A DNA stretch of 64,000 nucleotides from Ascidiella aspersa (Eukaryota): NCBI GenBank assembly GCA_963924565.1, contig OZ004609.1, positions 11,160,001 to 11,224,000 on the forward strand, given 5' to 3'. The notes below the pieces were generated by a model, which made no database searches, was not told the DNA's origin, and saw only the letters and a program-made list of their open reading frames with translations. The translations under genes and the position numbers were made by a program. Of the stretch, positions 26,920 to 39,200 are shown piece by piece. Positions within the stretch are counted from its first letter, which is position 1, and each line of letters opens with the position of its first letter.

Positions 26920-29634
26920 AACAGCTTCTTTTTTCGCGGATCGATTTCCCACTTGCAAACGTGAGAAGAAGACGCGGCGTTCGCGCGACGCATCACATTG
27001 CTCGCGTAGTTCGTTTACGGTCACTTAAAAGTTCTAAAGCAGATAAATGACACAAGAACACGGTAGACATTGCACAGTGCAACTATTGAGCGGTGCTTTT
27101 AAACCAAAAGCGCCTCAGGGCACACGCACAGTTCGCCAATACCTAATTTGCTGTCCTTTCACTTTATTTACGTTATGTTTCCTAATGCATAGGTGCAGTC
27201 AAGTCGGTGTATCAGAAGACGCGATCGGATTTATTGCTGTGCACCACAAACACCCCTTTTGAAGGTTTCGCTACAAACCGAATCTATTCTGCACCTATAC
27301 TTTTAATCGAAGCATGTTAAATTGTTTGTAAAAAAAATCCTTCTGTTTGTGTCTGAATAGTTTCACTACCACTCCGCGGTGTTAATTGATATTGTCTTAT
27401 TATTCGTGCCAGTTAAGCTGCCTCCGCAGTTATGTACGTGCGCGAACTCAAAACCTTAAATTGCTAGACAAGGTGTGAACCAATCTCGGCGCTACCCGTT
27501 CTGTTTCGCCGCACAATAGTCTACAAAGCAAGTATCCGACTCACGCTACGCCTAATTGCACTTGACTTCCAATTTTACTGTTAATCTGCTTAGGTATATA
27601 ACTGGGTTCACAACAAATCGCTATTCCCGAGAAAGTGTTAAGTTGGATAAGTCTCATTTCATAAGATATTTAAATTAAATTCTGATATAAACAGCTTTCC
27701 ATAAAAGATTACGAAAAATCAGCTGTATAAAAAAATAATGATTCTCTTACATGCCGTTCCACTGTAATTGTATGAGCCGAAAATTTATTTTCGAGTATAG
27801 CTTATATCTTGTTTTTTCATATATTCTGATTCCATTGTGCTGACTAAAATAACCAACGCGTACGAACTGGGCCAAATGCTATACAGGCTGAAAATATAGA
27901 AGAGCACAACATGCGAATAACGCCACTATAACATTGAGCAAATATCGTATCCGGGTTAAACCGACGTTGACGTCGTTCAAGTGTCTTAGCGCTCAACTTC
28001 ATGAAGGTTCTCTAGCTATAGGAAAATCAGTGACAGTAACACCTTTAAAACGACTCCTAAATTATATTTTGTTAGGTCATTTTCTATATTTTAGGACTTT
28101 TCCGAAACAAGGGCAATGGCCTACAAAAGCACGGTACGTCGGTACGTGGCCAACATAAGTTGTACTGAACAATTCTACTACTCGCACACTTGAGTTTACT
28201 TTACGGGCGTACAAGTAAGGACTGGGCGACTTCGCTATGTCAACAACAGAGACTGAGCTGAGATGATGCAAGGCCGATGTTTGCACGGTGAACGGCTATT
28301 TGACCAGGCACAAAACATTTTTAAAGTAGCAGGGACTAACGATAACTTACTCGCGACTTGCCACCGTTACACAACCTTAAAATGTGGGTATGAAACCACA
28401 TTTGTGTGTAGGTTACGTTAGCGTCCACCAGAGACAAAACAATTCAGTTATTATAACAAAGGAATCTATGAATACAAATTGGACATATAGACTCATTCCG
28501 ACGTCGGCTAACAGTTGATTTGTAGCAAAACTGAAAAAAGATATATATAGCATGGGACGTTTAGCGAGTCATAAGACGTATCTCTGTGGTCAAAGGGCAT
28601 ATTTATCAAATTTTACATTGGGCGCCTTAGGTAAGCCGATTAGTTGGTGGTGAAATTCGTCTAATTTATAAAAATTAAACAACAGGTACGATTTCTGAAG
28701 GTTAAAAAAAACAAACATATTGGGTCATTTTTTGAATATTATTTTTAATGTTATTTATATATGTTTACATTGTAAAATAAATAAATATGGCCATATATAG
28801 TTTAATTTCAGGCGGGTCAAAATTATCAACGTCAAGCAGAAATTAGTTTGAAAATCGCTTAATTTCCCTATAACCGTGCTAACTAGTTAAATTTAAAAAT
28901 AACACTTTTAACAGAATTACTGAAGCACAAAGGGGTGATTTCTGTGTTTTTCAAATAAAATAAGTTACACACATATACTGTAACAGAGAAATGATCGATT
29001 GTTTAAAAATCACTTGACAACGATATACGTATTTAGCAAATAAAACCCAAGGATTCTTCTGAACAAAAGTATATAATAAGTATACGTCATATCTTTTGTC
29101 GAGATTAGTCTGCAGGTCGGTATGTTCGCAAGTCGCAAGAAACCAACATGAGCAGTGGAAAAGGTTTTTCGCGTGCCCTGGCGAGATTCTCGCTTCCTAA
29201 ATATAATAAAGATAGAGCTTTATCTCAGACAGAGAGTAAAACTGAAATTTTGATAGTATGTGTGACGTATTTAGCCATGTGTGACGCCTTATCAGCCAAT
29301 ATTTTTCCATTTGAACATAACATCTGGTTGTATATTAAAACTGTTTTAACACAAAAGCCAGTTGACTGACTTGGTGCGCTTTCCCACAGAGCGTATCCTT
29401 GAGCTTAATGTATTACTCTTATCGTATAGGGATGTATTAAGGTAACTTTTCACCGCCGGGACCACAAGAGTAGTCTGGAGAAGTTTTTGTAATTACAAGT
29501 TAAGGTGACATATTGTTAATCTGGTAAAAATATAGTATTAACCTGGGAAAGTGTAACCGTAGCATTGACTTCAACAAACTTACACGAATACGTCAAAGCA
29601 TAATTATGTTTATGTGTGGCCACTGGCCATAGAT

Positions 29635-29971
29635 TAGGGGTTACTAATCTTTTTTCAGCGCGGACCCCTAAAATATTTTTTTGCCTCGCGTGGACCACAG
29701 AAGGCAAAAAATTCAAATATGACGTCACAAATTGACGTCCCAGTACAAATAAACTTCATAAATCTGCTGATTTCGGTTCAAAAACGTGAAAGTGAAATGG
29801 AGTCAAAATACATTCGGTGCAAAACCGTTTTATTTTCAATCAAACTGTTTTTTTTTTTAAATTGATTACTTCCTAAATATACTCTAATATTTCAAGTACG
29901 TCTTTATGGACCCCCTTAAACTAGTTCACGGACCCCCAAGGGGTCCATGGACCCCAGTTTAAGTACCCCTG
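29635..29971. mobile_element. hAT-type MITE
   Basis: (T)AGGGGTTACT...AGTACCCCTG ends, GGACCCC subterminal motifs, TSD CCATAGAT/ACATAGAT. Confidence 0.75.
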
Positions 29972-30955
29972 ACATAGATGGTTTCTTAGATTTTGTTTAA
30001 CCACATAATATATCGAGTTTGTTGCAACGGTAACTATACTTTTATCACCGGGACAACGACAGTAGTCTAAGGATATTTTATCATCCAAGTTTACGGCGAA
30101 ATAGTGTTAAACTAGGAAATACCCGCCAGTATATCACCTGGGATTTTTGAATCATCGGTTAAAACATATGACTTTCGCAAACTCAACTACACGGGGATCG
30201 TACAACCAAGTAGCCTATGTAAGAATGAGGCTAAAGCTCGCGAAAGTCACAAGTAATTGTCGTAGACCTTTTTGCTTAGAAATGCACTAATTTCTAACGG
30301 ATCGGGTGAAACGACGCATGCGGTCACATCGCAACGCCTATAGGCGTTGGTCACACTACCGCGTGTTGGTAAGCCCTGGAGCCTAAATCATACTAGATAC
30401 CCATATTTTTGCATTAGGATAGTGTTAGCACAAATATTCTTGTCTGTAAAATAACCAAAGCCCTTAGAAAACTCACACAACTTTTGAAAAGGTACGATTG
30501 TTAAAAGTTTCGTTCTAAAATATTTTAAAAAATATTTTAGCTTGACTTTTTGAAAAAAAACCTGCATATTTATAGAAGAGATTGCGCTACTTGGAATTTA
30601 TAATTGACAAAATACAGATAAGACTGCTTTGAGGCTAGCTCATTACCATGTGTCGGCCATTGTTACGTTTATTAGGAAACGTAGTTAATCCAAAATATAT
30701 TCAATATTTAGTTCCGTTTAATATTTTTCATACAATAATTATTTGTGCTATTTGTCGTTAGCTATCTTTTCAAAGCGAATAATTTCGAGCAATTTTTACA
30801 TGATTTATGGGCGTTTTCTAAGTGATTGGCGTTTACAGTAACAAGCGTCAGCTCCAGTACAGGGTGATATTTTATGTGTGTCTTGCTATAACTCGTCATC
30901 CTAAAAATGATTTTACACAATAACTCATTTCGGGTGAAACACCGGGATTTCATAG

Positions 30956-31157
30956 GGCGCTGGCCTAGAATCCTACCACAGTTATGAAATCAATGCACAA
31001 TATTTTGGTTAGGGTGCGAGTTCGCTTTTGGGTGTTGGTGGGCCAAGTATCATTATATTCTTTGTTTAATATTTATACTTGACCCACCCTAACTTAAATG
31101 CTAACCCGCACCCTAGCCCAAATAATATGCGTTGTGGTAGGATTGTAGACCAGCGCC
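30956..31157. mobile_element. Palindromic GG...CC MITE (same internal core as 7082-7342)
   Basis: TIR GGCGCTGGCCTAGAATCCTACCACA / TGTGGTAGGATTGTAGACCAGCGCC; core CTTGACCCACCC...AATATGCGTTGTGGT; no clear TSD. Confidence 0.7.
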
Positions 31158-31182
31158 GACTTATGTAACATTCTATTTAAAA

Positions 31183-31371
31183 GGGTAACACTAATTTACG
31201 GAATGATGAATGGTCGGAACGTTCACATTATTATTATTAAATATAATAACACTTGACCCACCTTCACCCTAACTCAAATATTGTGCGTTGGTTTAATAAT
31301 TGTTTTAACGGGTTAACACTTAAATTAGTGAGCGTTCCTACCATTCATTATTCCATAAATTAGTATTACCC
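31183..31371. mobile_element. Palindromic GG...CC MITE with 8-bp TSD
   Basis: TIR of about 44 bp (GGGTAACACTAATTTACGGAAT... / ...ATTCCATAAATTAGTATTACCC), TSD ATTTAAAA on both sides, internal CTTGACCCACC core. Confidence 0.8.
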
Positions 31372-31443
31372 ATTTAAAACAATATGCAAAGAAGTTTACA
31401 GAGAACCTTTGGACACATCAGCTAGTTGTTTGTTTCAAAATAA

Positions 31444-31708
31444 GGGGCTCTTTCAATTTAGCACGTAAAAAGCAAAAAAACACAAAACCAGGTAGCGTCT
31501 ACAAATTATGATTTACGCACAATATTTGGGTTTGTTTTAGCGTTTGGATGTTGGTGGCTCAAGTATTATTATTAATAATAATGCTTGATCCACCCAAACG
31601 CCAACCTGCAACCAAATAATATGTGTTGTGGTAGGATTCTTATAAGCATAATTTGTAGCAGTACCTTTTTTTTTTGCCACTTTCTATGTATCAAAAAGAA
31701 AGAGCCCC
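31444..31708. mobile_element. Palindromic GG...CC MITE with 8-bp TSD
   Basis: TIR GGGGCTCTTTC / GAAAGAGCCCC, TSD CAAAATAA on both sides, and the same internal core as 7082-7342. Confidence 0.8.
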
Positions 31709-31927
31709 CAAAATAAATCCACTACATAGGTAGCACATGACACTTTTTTGAGGTTTGCAATCAAGGTTTTATGCTCAACTGAAGTCTGGAATCTAGTACA
31801 AATTCAACCTTTTTCTGGAATTTAGGTTTGCAAGTTACTAATTCAATTGTGCACACAAATTGCTTTCAAAAAATGTCTGGTGTGCACCTGCAACAAAATC
31901 TAAACTGGCAAACATGATAGACTATTA

Positions 31928-32896
31928 CAGGGGTGTGCAACCTTTCATACTTCCGGGCCAAATATGTTTATTCGGATTAGACCATGGCCCACTTGCATAG
32001 CCTATATCCCGTCGATTACCTGATAATGACTTCAACAACAAAAAAAAAAACGTTATGTTTTTAAAGAATTTAAATCACTTTAATGAGAGCTTTGAATCTG
32101 GCTTGCTTTCCCAACCACCCTATCCAGGTTCTCAGCTGTGGAAACTTATTTAGATTGAGATGTTTGCGGTAAAACAACTGCTTTTTAGCTGTGCAGGGAG
32201 AAGTTTCTTTTTTTTACAACTCACATGAACATTGAAATAGATTAAAAAACAATCGCATTTCAAATGAACGAACAAGATCAAATGGCCATTTTGTATTATG
32301 CTTTTGCTATATGGACCACAAGTAGCTATTCAAAAGCATTTCAAGAACAAAAAACTTACAGTGCTCAGGGCAATCCACACAGTCAACTTACATACAACTT
32401 GTACACTTTCCGCAACAGCATCCAAAACACATTTTTGTATTTTGTTAGCATTGTAGTTTTATTTTGTTTCACATTACTTTCGTCTTCTGCTTCCGTCAAC
32501 CATCGAATTTTACTATAAATTTTGACTCAAAATTGAGAATAAACTATGAATTAACTGTTATCAGATACTGCAGCGATAATTCCATGGTTGTTTCAAAATA
32601 ATAGCACAACAAAAGGATATTGTTGAAGGCGATTTTAATCGTGGAGAAATTATAATTTGCTTTACTGTTAAAATGATTGTTGGCGGTAATTTTAGGTAAA
32701 TCGCTTCGAACCTCATATGTGGTTATTCTAATGATCTAAAAATTTGCCTGCTATATAAGGTGACCTAGACTTAGAAATAGTCAGGAAGTTTCAACATTTT
32801 AACAGTTATCTGAATGTTTTGTGGTGCGGACCAAAAACCAAACCACACCGCGGGTAACATATTTTGGTTCTGCGGGCCGCAGGTTGAACGCTCCTG
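31928..32896. mobile_element. Non-autonomous hAT element upstream of the YTHDF start codon
   Basis: CAGGGGTGTGCAACCT / AGGTTGAACGCTCCTG ends; perfect TSD GACTATTA. Confidence 0.85.
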
Positions 32897-33207
32897 GACT
32901 ATTACATACACAGTTATAAATGTTTTAGTGGACTCATATATGGCTAAATTTTCATTTGAAGCTACTTTTTTTATTACTGTTAGTTTGTTTCATTATGTTC
33001 ATGTTTTTTTTGCAAGTTGGATTATTTATATTTCTTTATGTTTGATGCTTAAATTGCATAGATGGTGAAAGTTTTATTTTGAATACACTTTAGCAAAACC
33101 TTATTTAACCTTTTACTTAGTGTTTGTTTGTTTATTTTTTTCAGGTATGGTAGGCTATAATCGTATTGCGATCAGCCTATAAGACATATTTCTGTATTTA
33201 AAAAGGT

Positions 33208-36200
33208 ATGACAAGTACAGCTTTTGATCAGGTTGGTGCCATTGTCCTTGGATTTATGTCATTCAAATCGAATATTAAAAAAGTAAACATTTATGACCTT
33301 TATAGCATAAAATAGGCAGACAAAGAATGCAGAACGGATTAGATCAAAAAGCTCAAAATGCTAGAGGAGATGAATTTGACTCTACTTATATTCAACATTC
33401 AAACATGAACCAGGTAAGATGTTAAACGATGAATTAAATTGTCCCACAAAGGGGTAGTGATTTTGCACAGCAAGCAGTAATTCTAATTTTTAGTAATTGT
33501 TATAATGTGAGTTTTTTAAGTAGAATCTGTGGTATGCACACAAAGTTTTGCTAATGACATTATGCCCTTTACAACAGAAAATGCAAAGCAAACTCTACAT
33601 ATCTACTTGCAAAATGTATATTTGGATTTAGGCATATGGAATGGCACCAACTACTGACTCGTACATGCCAAGTTATTATGGGCAAATGGCATTTCCCTAC
33701 ATGGGAGGTTCTGAATGGTCGACTGGCACAGACTCGATGCCTTATTTATCTCAGTATGGAGGAGATGCCCAGCAGGCTGGTTTTATCCCCGATGCTGTTT
33801 TCAATCACCCTCCAAATCAACTTGGCAGTACACCTGTAAGCAAGGCTTATGCATATATTACATATATACCATGGCTGATAATTCTTTCGATTTAATTCTA
33901 AAATAGCAAAACAGACATTTAAATTACTCTACCCTAAAAAAAATGTTAAAGTTTTTTTTCAGGCGTACTACAACCAGCCATACAATTTTTTCCCGACTGG
34001 AAGTGACTTTAGTGCTTGGGCCACTCCAAGTGCGCCCCATGGTACTGGAATTCCAGAAACCAGTGGGGGAACTGGTTTCGGACAGCCAAGCGCGGCTTCT
34101 GCACCGTACAACGGGGACTACTACCAATCTCTGATGCCCGCAACTCCTCATGACTACTTGGGAGGTGGCGAAGGTTTGCAATCTGGGACCAATAACATGG
34201 TTGGCCATGGTGCTCCTGGGCCTGTAATACCCAATACAAGTGGTGTTGTTCCCGCACACGACAGTATTAGCAAAATGCCTGTTGGTACGTCAAGTAGCAT
34301 TAAAATTGTCGAGCAAGGCATTCAAAGCATGGTTTTAGGGATGCATGGTGAGCCAGTGAAGCAGCAAATTGTGCAGCAGACTGTATCAATGCCAATGCCT
34401 GGTGGCATAACGCCAAATGCAGTGATGGCTGCTCAGGTTGGACAGGCTGCAAGTGCAAACAATGCAAGCAGCCCTGTAATGTCCCGGTCAAATGCACCAA
34501 AACCAGTTTCGTGGGCAGCGATTGCCTCTAAACCAGCGAAACCTCAGCCAAAGCCAAAGGTAAAGTCAGTAGTTGGTTCTGGCTTACCTCCTCCAATCAA
34601 GCATAACATGGACATTGGTACTTGGGACAACTCACAACCCCCTCCTCCAAAAGGCCCGGCAAGAGGTCCAATGCCTGGACAACCACTAACCATGCCGCAA
34701 AGATGGTCTGCTCCAAGGCAATCGGGGCTTGTTCAAGGGTTTGTTTTTACATTTAATAACACATATTTTTATTTTACAATTACAGCTAAATATGCTATTA
34801 CCTGTAAATGTATCAGTAGTGTTTGTAAACAATGAAATCATAAATATAGCTTAGATGTATTAAACTATTTATATCAGTAGCAGTACTAGCTATAATGAGG
34901 TTGGATCTAGTTTGTTGAATTGGTAGGAACGTATAATGTTACCTGGGAGTGGCCCACTCTTAACTCTGTTTGCGGTAATAATATACACTAAAAGTATTTA
35001 TTACCAACATCACAAAAATGTCTTCAGGTGGATCTTAACTTTCTAAGATATTCACAAATTCTTTAAAACACTTTTAAAGTGACTATCATTTTAAACAAAT
35101 TATTTTTGCAAAGTATGCAATTTACATAAAAATGTATATCTTTTACCAATTTTTTTTTTATTTAAATTCCAAATGCAGTTTTTAATAAAGGAACCATTAA
35201 TATTAGTTTTTATTGACTACCCTTAAGTGAAGGTGGTGTGCAATTTTTTTGTAGGATGGTTTTGAAGCTAGTTTTTTGGCCTGTAAGGTTTTACCTTTAA
35301 GTAGTTCTGTATGTCATAGCTCAAAAGTTTTGTTTACCTCTAAACTTTGTATCATAATTTTTAAACATATGTATAATAGTACAATACCACGCAAAAGTAG
35401 ATATACTTTTATTTTTTGTCCATTCACTACACTTAAACTTACCATCTGTATGGGATTTGTTAGTTAAAAGAAAATGTCTTTAAAGAAAATCTTTCAATGG
35501 GATGCGAAACTTTGTTGTGCATTTTTTCAGTAAAGCTATATATTGTTATAAATTTTATACTTCTACAAGTATTGCCATATTTTTAATGTTTAAAAGTTAA
35601 CTAACTAATCCTGTATAATACAATATTTTTAGAAATGTTCCTGAAATTAACCAAGGTAACCAGAATCAACAACACCCCATGGTGGCGAATCACCAGAACG
35701 ATGCTGCATCAAAGTCCCAAGATCTGGATGAAAGTGTCAATAGGGTTTTGGAAAAGTTAAAAGCCGAAAACGATTATAACCCAAAGCGTTTGACTCTTGA
35801 TGTGCGTAATGCTCGATTTTTTGTAATCAAGTCTTACTCAGAAGACGATATACATCGTTCAATCAAGTACAACATTTGGTGTTCTACTGAGCATGGAAAT
35901 AAAAGGTTGGACGCTGCCTATCGAGCCCAACAGGGACGGGGCCCCGTCATATTCCTGTATTCCGTCAATGGCTCTGGTCATTTTTGTGGTGTTGCTGAAA
36001 TGACAAGTAACATTGACTACAGCAAACGAGCGGGCGTCTGGTCGCAAGACAAGTGGAAGGGAAAGTTCCAAGTCCGGTGGATTTATGCCAAAGATGTTCC
36101 TAACAACATGCTGCGGCATATTCGTCTGGAGAACAATGAAAACAAGCCGGTAACCAACTCAAGGGACACTCAAGAAGTCCCGGCCGAGAAAGGCCGGCAA

Positions 36201-39200
36201 GTGCTGAAAATAATCAGCAACTATAAGCACACCACGAGTATTTTTGACGACTTCGCTCATTACGAACGCCGTGAACAGGAGGAAGAACTTTTAAGGGCAA
36301 AGCGCACCGATCACAATGTAAGTTTTTGTTCATTATTTACCACCTCAATAAACTTTTATTGAGGTCTGAATCTTGCTCCGACTCTAGAGCATGTATATCT
36401 CTCATAACTAAATATGGTGGATAGTCAAAAATCCACATGGAGATGTCATATAATTCATCCATCTACAAAACATGGTTGCAAAACATTCCTCTATATTCTA
36501 TTCCACCTTTACCATTTACAGTTTGCAGTCTTGTCGGTTTCAAAATTTGGTAATGCCCATGTTCATGTTGGACTCGTGACTCAGTAGTCTGATATGAACT
36601 ATGCCATCCTACAAGTTACATTTTGCGCAACAACCCTTAAACTAATCTCTCCATAAATGATTTGGGCATGGATTTGTCTTTTTAGTTGGAGATATAATTT
36701 TGTTTTATGTAACTTAAATTAAATCTATTGTTTCATCACTTCTACATGTTGGGTCATTCCATTGCTACTGGTACAGTGGTGGCACCCTATGTCATAGATT
36801 TTTTAAAAATTTTATATGTATAATCTCCCTGCAATTCTATGAAAAGTGATACCAATTTTATCGAAATTGGTCAAGTACTTTTTGAGATATCAGCGACTGA
36901 AAAATGGCCCTTTTTAGACTTTTTCGCGCTCATGCGTAAAATTTAACTGCAAATTTTGTTTGACCTATTATGAAAGTGTTTTAAATGGTAACTAAAAAAT
37001 TCCAATGCATATCAGTTCTTCAAAGTAAGCAGATTCTAAGAAGATATATTGTTGTTTGTTTTTGTATCACTACAGGCCACCAAGTGGCTAGTTTCACACA
37101 TGACTATTTGTGATCAGTCATGCATGACAAAACTTTGATTGGTTATAGCGAAAAATACTCTACTTCGATTTTTCTGCAACTTAGCTTAAATGAAAGGTAA
37201 TTTTGTTGGCTTTCTACCCTCCAAATATGAAGTGGGATATTTGAGTAGAAATTACAAAATTTCATTGCTTTGTAATAGATTGCGAAAAAGCTTTATGACG
37301 CACTATTATAATGTATAACTATGAAATGTGATTGTCTGGTGATTCCAGGAAGTCAAAAAAACTTATAGAAATCTGCTGGTACAGCAATGCACACTAGAAG
37401 CCAATACATAGACCAATAATTTTAATCAATGTATGGCAAAATTGCTATTAATTGTAATGTTTTGCGACTGAAAACTTTATGCACGGTCAGCGCACAATAC
37501 TACTTATACTAACACAGAGGAGGATTCTATACGATGACAAAGAGAAAGATATTATACAATGTTAAGTACAAGTATATATGTATATTGGAAGACATCTCAT
37601 ATTCAAGTAACAGACTACCAAGAGCTTAAATCTTTAGCAATGTTATTGCAAAGCACTGCCCCTCATTCAGTTACACCAGAGGCAGGAACCTTTTTAACTA
37701 AGGGAGCCATAATAGTCAAATATTCTTTTGTGTTTTCATGAGAGCCACAAACATCTAGCTTTATGTTGGCAAAAACTAGTAAATTGTGCAAGGCCATTTA
37801 TTTTGTTCTCATTTAAAGGACAGAACATAATGTGCATTAAATTTAATTAGTTAGGTTTGCACAAATTTGATTACGGAGTTCGGTTAAAAGAATTGGGCTT
37901 TTCGAATATAAAGAGATTCGCTAGAAGAAGGAAAAAAATTTGCTACTATGAGTAATAAAAAGAAAATATAGAGTTAGGAAAGCGGTTGTGGCCGCTTGCA
38001 ATTTTATTCAGATCATGCTGAGAAATGATAGCTTACATTTATCTGCAAGCAAGATTCTTTTATCAAAAGAGCCATATGGCCTTACCAAAAGAACCATACA
38101 TAACTCACTGGCCTCAAAGGCAAGACCAATATTTTTTCCATTGGACCATGTTTTGTGCCAGATTGCATGTCATGTTTTGTTAACATCAAGAGGACATACC
38201 AAATCTCCAAGTCTGATGGAAGCCTGTTTTTTGAAAAGTGGTGTGACTGGTCTCACACTCTTTGTCATCGTATAGAATCCTCCTCTGTTAGTATAAGTAG
38301 TATTGTGCGCTGATTGTGCATAAAGTTTTCAATCGCAAATCATTAAAATTATTGGCAATTTTCGCCATACATTGATTGAAATTATTGGTCTATGTATTGG
38401 CTTCTAGTGTGCATTACTGTTCCAGCAGACTTCTATAAGTTTTTTGACTTCCTGGAATCACCAGACAATCACATTTCATAATTATACATTATAATAGTGC
38501 GTCATAAAGCTTTTTCGCCAATCTATTACAAAGCAATAAAATTTTGTAATTTCTACTCAAATATCCCACTTCATATTTGGAGGGTAGAAAGCCAACAAAA
38601 TTACCTTTCATTTAAGCTAAGTTGCAGAAAAATCGAAGTAGAGTATTTTTTTCGCTATAACCGATCAAAGTTTTGTCATGCATGACTGCTCACAAATAAT
38701 CATGTGTGAAACTAGCCACTTGGTGGCCTGTAGTGATACAAAAACAAACAACAATATGTCTTTTTAGAATCTGCTTACTTCGGAGAACTGATATGCATTG
38801 GAATTTTTAAGTTACCATTTAAAACACCTTCGTAATTGGTCAAACAAAATTTTCAGTTAAATTTTATGCATGAGCGATCACGAAAAAGCCTAAAAAGAGC
38901 CAATTTTCAGTCGCTGATATCTCAAAAAGTACTTGACCAATTTCGGTAAAATTGGTATCACTTTTCATAGAATTGCAGGGAGATTCTACAAATAAAATTT
39001 AAAAAAAATCTATGACGTATGGTGCCACCACTGTACCAGTAGCAATGGAATGACCCTGTTGGTAAACCAAACCAGCATGTCCGAATTATGACATAGCACC
39101 AAGACAACTGCAAGATCTATTTTTCCAGGATAATTGATTAAGTAAGCTAAGTTGCTTTTACCATGAAGTTTAAAAAAAAAGCTGTCTATTATGAAATTTT

